Shown here: piece by piece, positions 35,624 through 45,096 of the stretch
Numbering within the stretch: the stretch's first letter is position 1
Layout of the letters: each line of letters opens with the position of its first letter
Origin: a virus
Length of the DNA stretch: 64,000 nucleotides
Direction: 5' to 3' (one strand)
Virus record (IMG/VR): IMGVR_UViG_3300017978_000154
Coordinates: 7,367 to 71,366 of that record
Translations under genes and position numbers: made by a program
Notes under the pieces: generated by a model
Told to the model about the DNA's origin: nothing
What the model saw: the letters and a program-made list of their open reading frames with translations, nothing else
Databases searched by the model: none

Positions 35624-36996
35624 TAGGAAAAGAACTCATCTAGTGAAGAAGCATTAGATTCTGGATGCATCTTCAAGGTTTCTGCTTCGCCAACTTCTTT
35701 CTTACAGAAGTCATACCACTCTTGGCTTTCCCACATTCCAGCGTACACACCGTTAAAGCGTGGGCGATAATGAGGGTTGTTAACATCGTTCTTGCAGTGA
35801 TCAACGAACTTACGACGAGCATTTTCATACTCCATAGAACCAAGAGTCAACATACCTTCGTGGAAGAATGCAATGATAGAGATACGTTCAGCATTAGGGT
35901 CATCCAGAATCAATTCAGTATTACCATGCAGACCAGCCATGTTATTAACGAACAGTAAATCACCTGGACGAATGTTAACAGCATAACCAATCTCGGGGAA
36001 TACCAAGTAAGCACCTCTATAATTATCAGAGTTACTAAACACGCAGATATTAGCGAAACCATCATCCATATTTGCGGGGTCATAGTGGGCTGCAGTTCTG
36101 AAGTTACGGTTTACAGTAATTGTACTGAATGGAGTATTTGGGACCAAGAAGCGTGGATCAATCTTATCCGCAGCAGCTTTCTGGTTACCATAACGCCATG
36201 GCAACAATTCCTCAAACGCTTTAGACAAGTGTTGGAGATATGGATAAGACTTCTTGAACTTATCGAATTGCTTCTCAGTGTAAGAAGTTGCACGACCATA
36301 AGGGATACGTGGATAACGATCGTACCAACCAGCAATACCAGAGTTCACTGGGTTTGCATATGTAGTCTTGGAGATTAGGTTATCTTCAACCCAAGCTGCA
36401 TCGGCTGAAGCGTCAGCTGCAGGTTTACGGCGAGTTGTTTCAACCCAGTCATCAAATTGGAACCCAGCATCTGCAACCGAATCGCGAAGCCATACTTGAG
36501 CACGGTTAGACGCTTGGTCACGACCTTCGGCATATTTAGTTTGGATAGCTTCAATCGGGTCTTCACCCAACAAGTTACCAGCACCCTTCTTAAAGGCTTC
36601 AATGATATCCCATTGATACGCTGTAACCCAGTCGCGACCTTGTAGCTTCTCACCACGTGGACCAGCAGCAGTACCACGGTTCTGAGTTTCAGTAGCTGCG
36701 TCACGAAGACCTTCGTAAGCAGACTTTGTCATTTCATCACTGAAGTAGTTCTTACGGAACTTGAAAACAATCTTACGTTCATCAAGTGCCTTGGAGCAAC
36801 CACTACACGCCTTTTCACAATTTGGGTCAGACAGGTCAGTTGCACAAGAAGCAGGAAGGTACAAGTCCATGTCAGACTCAACCAATGTATGGTAATGGCG
36901 TTCATCAAGCCAAGTACCAACTAGGTCTGGACGAGGAACAACCTCAGGGGCTTCCAATACAACAACTTTCACATTTCTACCAGCATCAACACTCAT
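35623..36996 (-). CDS. 2-oxoglutarate/Fe(II)-dependent dioxygenase-like protein with an N-terminal Cys-cluster domain. Candidate nucleic-acid base hydroxylase
   Basis: AAHYDPANMDDG ... GLHGNTEL ... RISIIAFF gives an HxD...H...RxS double-stranded beta-helix pattern. N-terminal CATDLSDPNCEKACSGCSK. Confidence 0.5.
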   Translation of the reverse strand: MSVDAGRNVKVVVLEAPEVVPRPDLVGTWLDERHYHTLVESDMDLYLPASCATDLSDPNCEKACSGCSKALDERKIVFKFRKNYFSDEMTKSAYEGLRDAATETQNRGTAAGPRGEKLQGRDWVTAYQWDIIEAFKKGAGNLLGEDPIEAIQTKYAEGRDQASNRAQVWLRDSVADAGFQFDDWVETTRRKPAADASADAAWVEDNLISKTTYANPVNSGIAGWYDRYPRIPYGRATSYTEKQFDKFKKSYPYLQHLSKAFEELLPWRYGNQKAAADKIDPRFLVPNTPFSTITVNRNFRTAAHYDPANMDDGFANICVFSNSDNYRGAYLVFPEIGYAVNIRPGDLLFVNNMAGLHGNTELILDDPNAERISIIAFFHEGMLTLGSMEYENARRKFVDHCKNDVNNPHYRPRFNGVYAGMWESQEWYDFCKKEVGEAETLKMHPESNASSLDEFFS

Positions 36997-37007
36997 TTCG
37001 TTTCTCC

Positions 37008-38402
37008 TTAAAACTTAAATCCGCTAAAATTCTCAGACTGCATTCTGGAACCAAAACCACTCTTATCAAATAATGGTTTGTCATCTTTGACGTGTCCAGC
37101 GTCAGCCAAGCCTTCTTGGGCAGATGCTTCAACATCATATAATTTCATCTTACTTCTATCAATACCAACCACAAATCGTTTATAGTAATTTGGGTCGTTG
37201 TAACGGTTCTTCAACTGCTTGACGATAATCTGATTCAGGTTTTCTAGTTCTTCACTTGAAACCAAAGCAAACATAAAGTCAGCTGTCGCAGGTAGACCGA
37301 ACGATTCAGAAGTATCTTCAAGTCCTGGGTCTGAACTACCATATCCAGAACGGGTAGTTTGTGTGGCTGAAACAATGGGTACATTATATTCAACCGCTAG
37401 ACCACGAAGCTCTTCAGCAATCGCTTTCACAAACGTATATGAATTAACATTCGCACCAGCTTTCATCCTCTGAGAGGAACAAATATTTAGATAATCTATA
37501 AACACGATATCTGGAACAAATTCACGTTTGAGTTTAAGTTCTTCTAGCAATGCACGGAAGTGACCAGCATGAGCAGAAGCAGTTGGATATTCTTTGACGA
37601 TTAGTTTACCCTGTGTCTTTTTCTTCAGTTTATCAATGCGTGATTCAAAGATGTCTTTGTCGACAACCTTCAATTCATCCATAGTCAAGTTCAAAAGGTT
37701 TGCGTCAATACGTTCAGCGATACGTTCTTCTGACATTTCCATAGTAATGTAGAGAACGTTACGACCTGCAGTTAGTGCGCCAGCTGCAACGTGACACATA
37801 AACAAGGACTTACCAACACCAGTACCAGCCAGTGCGATGTTCAAAGTCTTACGGCTCAGACCACCCTTGGTAATCTTGTTGAACATATCCAAGTCGAATG
37901 GAATCTTCTCTTCAATGCGATGATAAAAGTCATAGCGATGAGCGAAGTCATCCAAGTAGTCGTGACCCACATGGCTGTCAAAAGATACAGCAAGTGCGTC
38001 AGATAATAGGTGAGGGATTGCGTCTTGTCCATGCGTGGGATCTTTACCCTCAAAGATCTTAATGGAGTTCATGATAGCCAAATAAACGGCTCGGTCTTTA
38101 CAGAACTTCTCAGTGCTTGTAAGTAACCAGTCTTCGTTTACGGGTGCCTTGACCAAAGTCTTGATGTACTCGCCAATGTCGCCAACTTCTTTGTCGGTAA
38201 CACCTTTTGCGTTTGAAACTTCAATCGCTAGAATTTCAGGTGTTAGGGATTTATTGTATTTGTTAAAGAAGTCGATGATCTCAGTGATGATCACCGATTC
38301 TTTACGATCGGAAAAATACTCACGCTTTAGGAATGGAATGACCTTACGACAATAGTGCTCATCATGAATCAAATTACTCAGAATTTGTTGTTCGATTCTC
38401 AT
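37008..38402 (-). CDS. Replicative DNA helicase (T4 gp41-like, DnaB family)
   Basis: N-terminus MRIEQQILSNLIHDEHYCRKVIPFL aligns with T4 gp41 MVEIILSHLIFDQAYFSKVWPYM. Walker A GTGVGKS. Confidence 0.85.
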   Translation of the reverse strand: MRIEQQILSNLIHDEHYCRKVIPFLKREYFSDRKESVIITEIIDFFNKYNKSLTPEILAIEVSNAKGVTDKEVGDIGEYIKTLVKAPVNEDWLLTSTEKFCKDRAVYLAIMNSIKIFEGKDPTHGQDAIPHLLSDALAVSFDSHVGHDYLDDFAHRYDFYHRIEEKIPFDLDMFNKITKGGLSRKTLNIALAGTGVGKSLFMCHVAAGALTAGRNVLYITMEMSEERIAERIDANLLNLTMDELKVVDKDIFESRIDKLKKKTQGKLIVKEYPTASAHAGHFRALLEELKLKREFVPDIVFIDYLNICSSQRMKAGANVNSYTFVKAIAEELRGLAVEYNVPIVSATQTTRSGYGSSDPGLEDTSESFGLPATADFMFALVSSEELENLNQIIVKQLKNRYNDPNYYKRFVVGIDRSKMKLYDVEASAQEGLADAGHVKDDKPLFDKSGFGSRMQSENFSGFKF

Positions 38403-38679
38403 CAGTTCCGCCAGTGTATACTATGTTATTCTTTAATAAGTTTTCTTCGAGTAGATCAATCAGAATATCGCCAATGTGATTTCTGAACTTGCTTGGATCA
38501 AGAACGCCAACTGGGTTCTCTTGAATGTCATATTCAAACTGAACACGCAGTTGGTCTTCTTCTTCAAGCAAACGAACTCTACCGTAAGTATAAATTATAC
38601 CTGAATACTCGTTGGAAGTCAAGCGAATTAACTGATTTCCTTCAACGTCTTCATCCAAGAGTTCGTATGCTTTGATCAT
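38374..38679 (-). CDS. Hypothetical protein at the position of T4 gene 40
   Basis: ORF track; synteny only. Confidence 0.35.
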   Translation of the reverse strand: MIKAYELLDEDVEGNQLIRLTSNEYSGIIYTYGRVRLLEEEDQLRVQFEYDIQENPVGVLDPSKFRNHIGDILIDLLEENLLKNNIVYTGGTDENRTTNSE

Positions 38680-39746
38680 TCTTCGTGGTCCAATTCAGCA
38701 AGTTCTTTGTCGATAGACTCATCACTTACCATTTCAATTTGACCAATTGAATACTTGTCCTTAACGAAGTCATAGAATGACTTTGTTTGTAACACTGGCA
38801 TCCAGAATTCTTTGGTATCGGTATCTTTGATTCGATACTTCTTGTCTTCGACTTCACCAGTCTCAACATTTACCTTTGAATACCAACCATTGCTAGGCTT
38901 GATAACATGTCCTGATTCGAGTGCAAGATCAAGTAGACCGCTCCACTTGCTAATACCACCGTCAAAAGATACGGACACAGGGATTTTAGATTTTTCTTTA
39001 ACATGACGAGATTTTTCAACGTTGATAATAAAGTTGTAGCCGACGACTTCAGTACCTTCTTTTTCTTGCTGACGACCTAAGATGTAGATGTTATCAGCAG
39101 AGTAATACGAACCAGTACCACCACCAACGATAGCTTTCGGGAACATACCAATTTCCATGTAGGTGTGGTTAACAACTACCATTGGAATATCTTTCAAAGT
39201 CAAGTGCGGTGTTACCATACGGAACAAAGACTTCAACTGTTTGGCACGGGACATATCCGCAACAGACTTACCGTCTAACGCATCTTCAACTTCTTTCTTA
39301 GAAGCCAAGTTACCGATAGAATCAATAACAATCATCACACGCTCACCACGTTCGATATTTTGTAATTGTTGCATACAGTCAAACTTCAACTGTTCGATGT
39401 CAGTGATTGGAGTATGGATAACCTTCTCAGTATCAATACCGAAAGCATCGAAGTAAGATTGTGGTGTACCAAACTCAGAGTCATAGAACAAGATAACTGA
39501 ATCTGGGTACTTGTCCTGATATGCTTTAGCCATCAGCAAAGAGAATGCAGTCTTAAAGTGCTTAGATGGACCAGCCCACATAGTTAGTCCAGGAGTCAAT
39601 CCACCATCAAAGCGACCAGATAAAGCCACGTTGATAACTGGGATTGAAGTTGGGATCATATCCTTCTTAGTGAAGAATTTAGATCCAGAAAGGATAGCAG
39701 TATCCTTGATTGTGGAGTTCTTTTTGATTTTGTCAAGTAAGCTCAT
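38676..39746 (-). CDS. uvsX: Recombinase UvsX (RecA/Rad51 family)
   Basis: MSLLDKIKKNSTIKDTAILSGSKFF aligns with the T4 UvsX N-terminus. Walker A region GPSKHFKT. Confidence 0.9.
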   Translation of the reverse strand: MSLLDKIKKNSTIKDTAILSGSKFFTKKDMIPTSIPVINVALSGRFDGGLTPGLTMWAGPSKHFKTAFSLLMAKAYQDKYPDSVILFYDSEFGTPQSYFDAFGIDTEKVIHTPITDIEQLKFDCMQQLQNIERGERVMIVIDSIGNLASKKEVEDALDGKSVADMSRAKQLKSLFRMVTPHLTLKDIPMVVVNHTYMEIGMFPKAIVGGGTGSYYSADNIYILGRQQEKEGTEVVGYNFIINVEKSRHVKEKSKIPVSVSFDGGISKWSGLLDLALESGHVIKPSNGWYSKVNVETGEVEDKKYRIKDTDTKEFWMPVLQTKSFYDFVKDKYSIGQIEMVSDESIDKELAELDHEE

Positions 39747-39997
39747 TATTCACCCTTCATAAATTTCAAAACAGCAGCTTCATTCATAACGCCAGAAACA
39801 CGACGTTGTTCTAAGCCTTTTTCATCCACCAAGATCATAGTGGGAACACCACGGATGCCATATTGTTTGGCTAACTCCATGTTATCATCAATATCAATTT
39901 CTTCCAACTGTACTGGAAGTTCTCCCATGTCACCAATAACGGTGCTCAATGCTTTACATGGTCCGCACCAAGATGCGCTAAATTTTAATACTTTCAT
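39746..39997 (-). CDS. Thioredoxin
   Basis: WCGPCK active site. Start placed at MKVLKF (AAAGGAAAT RBS). Confidence 0.8.
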   Translation of the reverse strand: MKVLKFSASWCGPCKALSTVIGDMGELPVQLEEIDIDDNMELAKQYGIRGVPTMILVDEKGLEQRRVSGVMNEAAVLKFMKGE

Positions 39998-40013
39998 ATA
40001 TTTCCTTTGTGTC

Positions 40014-42500
40014 TTATCCGAAGAAGTCTTCAAGGGATGCTGTTTCTTCAGCACGCCAGTTCAACGGTTCAATAATTGTTTTTAATGGTTCTACAAATGT
40101 CTTGTCAAATTGTGTGTCGTAGTCTATGAAAGAATCCAGCTTAAACTCTTTAGGGAGTTCTTGCAGGAAGGCGATGACGTTTTCGTGGAATGGGTTTGGA
40201 GTTCTTAGATAAACGAATTTAATCTTATCACCCTCACGAATCAATGGATATTTCTTGTCGATGCCAAATTTCTTAACGTAGTGATTATATAGTAGTGCTG
40301 CACGGACAGCAATCGGGCAACCCTTCTGATAGATCGGAGAACCAGCATACTGCTTCAAACCTGACACGCCACGAGGGAATGCGATAGCTTCAACAGGGTA
40401 TGTCAAGAACTCGTTCTTGTAATCAGCGATATACTTCTGTACAACCTTTTCACTGCCATCTAGAATAACGTTGATGGACTTCTTCAGTTCTTTACGAATA
40501 ACGGCTGGTGTCGAAGAACGAACCATCGCTAAACCAAGAACCTTTTGCTTTGGAGTTGCATACTGAACACCTTCAGAGTTATGCACGTTAAGCACATAGT
40601 TCTTCTTTGCAACCCAAAGACCTTTGTCAGCCAAAACTTCACGCTTCATAATCATCTTCTGAGAATATGCGTTCATGTACTCGGCAAGTTTCTGATAAGT
40701 TGTATCAATGAACGGTTGGAAGATATCTTCGCAAATCTTGTCCATGTACTTGATCTTACCATTTGTATCTTTATCACCAGCAAAGTGCTCAACCAATTCT
40801 TCCAATGTCAGATAGATTGAGTCAGTATCAATAGCGATAACAAAGTCTTTACCTTCGGTCTTTAGGATCTTGTTCAGGTATCGGTTGAACTCGTTGGCCA
40901 TCCATTGAATGGACAACTGTCCAGAAGTTGTAATACCCTCAGCCATACGAATATCGAAATAGCGGAAGTACTGGTTACCCATAGCACCGTAAGCAGAGTT
41001 CAAAGCAATCTTCATAGCCATCTGAAGGTTATTCAGTCGGCTGATTTCTTTGCGCAGGTCGTTATTACCTTTGTCGTGTTCATACTTTTGTTGAACACCA
41101 AGCATCTGCTTTTTGAACTTTGAACGGTTAGCATACATCTGTTCCATCAACTCAGGCATAAACCCTTTGATGTCTTTACGATAGCACCAACCATTTGCAG
41201 TTACGGTCAAATCACGTTTGTGTGCGTGTGATGTGTCAATCTCTTGATTGAGTAGTTTGTCAACAGTAACAGAGATCTTTTCATGAGTCAAAGTCTCAGG
41301 GGAGATATTGTACTGCATGATCAAGTGAGGATACAATGAGTTCAAGTCAAAAGAAACAACCCACTTATGTAAACCAACCTGTACGTCTTTAACGAAAGCA
41401 CCTTCAAACTGTTCAGACTTACCGCTGTGTTCTTTCATTGGGATAACAATGTTCTTCTTACGAAGGTGATTGTAGATGATAGCATCCCACATACGAACTT
41501 GCGAGTAGACGTCTTCGTAGTTAATTTTGGCTTGGTAAGCCATGGTCAAGTGAAGTTCGATTAGACGCATCTTATCTTCAAGACGGTCAACCAGTTCTAC
41601 GTCATGAATGTTATACTCAACGAACTGTTGCCAGTGGTTTGTATAGAAGTCACGGAAAGTATCACCAGGATTCTCTTTCTTCTTGTCGCCTAGTTCCTGC
41701 TCTGCAATGTAATCCAATCGGTAGGATTCTTGCTTGGAGTAAGTATACTTTTTGTACAACTCGAGATAGTCAAGCTGACTAATACCAGAAACATCATAGT
41801 GGATTTCTTCATTGCCTTTGATGAACGTTTTGCGTTCAGTAATCATACCCCATGGAGAGATCTTCTTGGCGAGTGCTTCGCCAAGTTCACGAATCATTCG
41901 ACGAATCAAATAAGGTGTGTCGAAGAAGTCGGTGTTCCAACCAGTAATAACGTCAGGGTAGTTTTGTTGCCACCAGATGATGAACTCTTTGAGCAAGTGT
42001 TGCTCTGAAGCGCAGTTGATGTAAACTACATCGTCACGATCATGAACGAAAGCACCAACACCGAAAGTGATGATGCGCTTTGATGTCAGGTCTTTGACCG
42101 TGATCAAGAGGATTTCTTCGTTAGCTGTGACAATGTTCGGGAAGCCTTCTTCAGTCTTGGTTTCGATGTCAATCGTAAAGACTTTGAGTTGTTCCATATC
42201 CCAGTTGATATCATAGTCGTATGTATCACTGATGTATTGCAGACCGTAGTTAGTCTGACCATAGACGTTGAAGCCTTGCACTCCATCGTAACGCTTCATG
42301 AAGTCGCGAGACTCACGAATGCTCCCTGGTTGCACTTCATCAACGTAAGTGCCATCCAAGGTTTGCCATTTAGATTTACCCTTTGCATTAACAAAAAGGG
42401 TTGGCATAAAATCAATGCGTCGCTGGTAAGGTCGTCCGTTTTCGTAACCACGAACTAAAACCTTATCACCAGCGACTTGTACGTTTGTATAAAATTCCAT
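40014..42500 (-). CDS. DNA polymerase, family B (T4 gp43-like)
   Basis: MEFYTNV N-terminus (T4: MKEFYISIE). Exo and pol motifs (DIETK.., YGAMG, DTDS). Start placed at the ATG overlapping the dexA stop (TAATG). Confidence 0.9.
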   Translation of the reverse strand: MEFYTNVQVAGDKVLVRGYENGRPYQRRIDFMPTLFVNAKGKSKWQTLDGTYVDEVQPGSIRESRDFMKRYDGVQGFNVYGQTNYGLQYISDTYDYDINWDMEQLKVFTIDIETKTEEGFPNIVTANEEILLITVKDLTSKRIITFGVGAFVHDRDDVVYINCASEQHLLKEFIIWWQQNYPDVITGWNTDFFDTPYLIRRMIRELGEALAKKISPWGMITERKTFIKGNEEIHYDVSGISQLDYLELYKKYTYSKQESYRLDYIAEQELGDKKKENPGDTFRDFYTNHWQQFVEYNIHDVELVDRLEDKMRLIELHLTMAYQAKINYEDVYSQVRMWDAIIYNHLRKKNIVIPMKEHSGKSEQFEGAFVKDVQVGLHKWVVSFDLNSLYPHLIMQYNISPETLTHEKISVTVDKLLNQEIDTSHAHKRDLTVTANGWCYRKDIKGFMPELMEQMYANRSKFKKQMLGVQQKYEHDKGNNDLRKEISRLNNLQMAMKIALNSAYGAMGNQYFRYFDIRMAEGITTSGQLSIQWMANEFNRYLNKILKTEGKDFVIAIDTDSIYLTLEELVEHFAGDKDTNGKIKYMDKICEDIFQPFIDTTYQKLAEYMNAYSQKMIMKREVLADKGLWVAKKNYVLNVHNSEGVQYATPKQKVLGLAMVRSSTPAVIRKELKKSINVILDGSEKVVQKYIADYKNEFLTYPVEAIAFPRGVSGLKQYAGSPIYQKGCPIAVRAALLYNHYVKKFGIDKKYPLIREGDKIKFVYLRTPNPFHENVIAFLQELPKEFKLDSFIDYDTQFDKTFVEPLKTIIEPLNWRAEETASLEDFFG

Positions 42501-43060
42501 TAACCTTTTCCATACATTAATTGCATAATATCGAGAGCGCAATCATGAACAGGGTGGTGTTTGATTACAGCGGCACGTTGGAAGTCAGGTTGATTAACCT
42601 CAACATATCCGTTAGTTGTACCGTATAAAATATCAACAGCTGTTCTTACATCTCTCCACATATTATACCCTGTAATTGGTTGGCAGTCAAATTTCTTTGC
42701 CAAGTGATCAATTACAATTTGATCCAGAGAACCACGAGCCCACATTGTTTTCTTTTGGGCATTTGGAACCTTGTTCATATAGTTATGCAAGACAGTGAAA
42801 CCCTGCTCAACTGTAAGGTCATCGGAAGAAGGTTCAAGAGCGCAACCTCGAACATACTCGTGTTGGTTCTTCCACCATTCAAGAGTACCAAGGTCAACTG
42901 CACGCTTTGCAGCGATCTGTTCTTTGGCTTTGAACTTTACAAAGCATGCTTTGTCTAACAGTTCTTGATATGTCTCACCACCTTCAAAGTAGATGAGACC
43001 AGCGGACAGTACCACAGAGTTGGAATCAACTCCAAGGGTTTCAACGTCAAACATAAACAT
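42500..43060 (-). CDS. dexA: 3'-5' exonuclease DexA-like (DnaQ fold)
   Basis: MFMFDVETLG (Exo I D-x-E) and HHPVHDCALD (Exo III) align with T4 DexA. Confidence 0.75.
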   Translation of the reverse strand: MFMFDVETLGVDSNSVVLSAGLIYFEGGETYQELLDKACFVKFKAKEQIAAKRAVDLGTLEWWKNQHEYVRGCALEPSSDDLTVEQGFTVLHNYMNKVPNAQKKTMWARGSLDQIVIDHLAKKFDCQPITGYNMWRDVRTAVDILYGTTNGYVEVNQPDFQRAAVIKHHPVHDCALDIMQLMYGKG

Positions 43061-43545
43061 TATCGTTCTACCTCTTCACCATCCTTCGTGAAGAAGGCTT
43101 TAATCTTTTGTTCTTTAGTCCAAGACTTAGTGTAGTCATTATCAACATCACACATAGCCAATGCTTCTTCTTCAGTCATAACTCTATGAGAAGAAATAAC
43201 TTCAGGTAGAGCAAGTTGAGAAAACTCTTTAGCTTCGTTGCAGGTCACAGTATCAAGAGCCCACTCTGGACTAGAGGCAGGGACTTGAACCATATAACGC
43301 ATACGGAAAGTCTGTAGTGCTTCAACCATCACCCAAACCTTTTCTTCTTCTTTCTTGGTCAAAGTCCAAGAACCGTCGCCGTTGTCTGTCCACTCGATCT
43401 CGTCGCCTTCTTTCCAACCGACTTGTTCCAAAGCCTCTGGCGGGAACTCAATAAACTGATCGCCAGTAGGCGACTCTTGAACTTCTAATGTCCACTTACT
43501 CATAATGAATCTCCATAAAATTAGTTTCTTCAGGCAGCAACTCAA
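43060..43545 (-). CDS. Hypothetical acidic protein
   Basis: ORF track only. Confidence 0.35.
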   Translation of the reverse strand: MSCCLKKLILWRFIMSKWTLEVQESPTGDQFIEFPPEALEQVGWKEGDEIEWTDNGDGSWTLTKKEEEKVWVMVEALQTFRMRYMVQVPASSPEWALDTVTCNEAKEFSQLALPEVISSHRVMTEEEALAMCDVDNDYTKSWTKEQKIKAFFTKDGEEVER

Positions 43546-43831
43546 GCGTCACACCCTCAGCTTCGCTGACTTCCTTCTGGAAACTAGCATAAACACCAGA
43601 GGTGTAACCACTCATACCATACCCGTTCTTATGGCAACGATACACGCTACCACTTGAACCATGGAACAGAAAAGTCTGTCCGTCTTCTTCAATCTTGGTT
43701 ACACCGCTGTTCAGCTTCCAACTGTCACCACGGGCATAACCACCATACCACGAACCGAGGATCTTATAAATCACTTCACCGTTGTGGTTAAACTTCAGCA
43801 TGACCCAACGGTCAGGATTATATTCACGCAT
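43496..43831 (-). CDS. Hypothetical protein
   Basis: ORF track only. Confidence 0.3.
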   Translation of the reverse strand: MREYNPDRWVMLKFNHNGEVIYKILGSWYGGYARGDSWKLNSGVTKIEEDGQTFLFHGSSGSVYRCHKNGYGMSGYTSGVYASFQKEVSEAEGVTLELLPEETNFMEIHYE

Positions 43832-44385
43832 TATTTTCTCTTTTGATATTCTTCTTCGTGCTTATCACACAAGGTACGAACCCAACCACCAGAACGTTGG
43901 CGACCAGTTTCACCACAAACTTCACATGTACGTCCAGCCCAAATCTCAGCCATTGTTTCTAGACCACGACAGTATTCATCACCACCTTCAAAGTAGAAAC
44001 GGAGTCCACCGAACTTCTCTTTGATCTGATGAACCTCAATATGATGAACATATGGCTCAGGTTCATATGGACCATTTTCCACATACTCTTGAGCACGTTC
44101 AATCATATATTGGCTTGGCTCTTTATCACCAGCGATAATCTTTAGCGTGGCATCATAACCTTTCTTGATGGCACGATTCAACATAAGATCATGCGCTCGA
44201 CGGCGACGTTTTGCAGCAACGTGGTTGTACATTTGATTCAGGAGCAATGTGGTGATATGATACCAACCTTCATTGATAGATACGCCACAATATACATTGC
44301 GCATTGCTCGTGGATAAATTTCTTCTAGACGCTTAATGAAAGCATCATACTTTTCAGCTTCGTTCATACTTACTCCGCATACCAA
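43831..44385 (-). CDS. Hypothetical protein with a C-terminal zinc-ribbon (CEVCG...C)
   Basis: ORF track; Cys pattern. Confidence 0.35.
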   Translation of the reverse strand: MVCGVSMNEAEKYDAFIKRLEEIYPRAMRNVYCGVSINEGWYHITTLLLNQMYNHVAAKRRRRAHDLMLNRAIKKGYDATLKIIAGDKEPSQYMIERAQEYVENGPYEPEPYVHHIEVHQIKEKFGGLRFYFEGGDEYCRGLETMAEIWAGRTCEVCGETGRQRSGGWVRTLCDKHEEEYQKRK

Positions 44386-44840
44386 ATCTCATCAAAACCT
44401 TCTTCTAAAGAAGGTGGCTCAGCTTCCAATTGAGAAGCCATCTTAGACACAACGTCCCATGGAACATTCTTTCCTGGGCGAGAAGCCAAACGCTTCTGTA
44501 ACTCTGCAGTCGGCGGTGTCTTAAACACAACTGCAATTTTGTAATACTCAGGCAACATGCGCAATTTCTTAGCACGTGTTTCTATTGTAGTTGAAGTTTG
44601 ATCCCAAATCAAATCTTTTTTGTTTGCTTGACAAATCAAGACTTGGTTAGCCATCAACTTCACGGCAATAGGCATATACTCTTGAAAGACTTCTGAGTAT
44701 GTTTTACCTTCTTGTTCTGCATAAGCATCCACGAATCGGTCAGTGGATACAATAGGCATATCTTTTGCCCACTTCTGATTAGCCACCCAAGTGGACTTAC
44801 CAGAACCAGGAACACCAACCAACACGTACATCTTATTCAT
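44370..44840 (-). CDS. P-loop kinase (AAA_33/polynucleotide-kinase-like kinase domain only)
   Basis: LVGVPGSGKSTW Walker A. 156 aa. Confidence 0.5.
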   Translation of the reverse strand: MNKMYVLVGVPGSGKSTWVANQKWAKDMPIVSTDRFVDAYAEQEGKTYSEVFQEYMPIAVKLMANQVLICQANKKDLIWDQTSTTIETRAKKLRMLPEYYKIAVVFKTPPTAELQKRLASRPGKNVPWDVVSKMASQLEAEPPSLEEGFDEIWYAE

Positions 44841-44841
44841 T

Positions 44842-45096
44842 TTACACCTTCAAAAACTTTCTAATCAGTTTATCTTTAATCATATCTGGAACACTTGTAT
44901 ATGGATATTCCAATTCAAAGGGGCAGCTGCCCACAATCTTCCAATCATTATGAACAAGGAAGTGTTTATAGATCTCTACATCTTCCTTGTTATTCATATC
45001 GAATTTACGACGTTCATTTAATTTGAGTGCTGGCATCTGCTTCATCCTTATCAAAACGAATTTCCAAAACGATAGGCAAGAACAACGATTCTTCAC
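44842..45096 (-). CDS. Hypothetical small protein
   Basis: ORF track only. Confidence 0.3.
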   Translation of the reverse strand: MKNRCSCLSFWKFVLIRMKQMPALKLNERRKFDMNNKEDVEIYKHFLVHNDWKIVGSCPFELEYPYTSVPDMIKDKLIRKFLKV

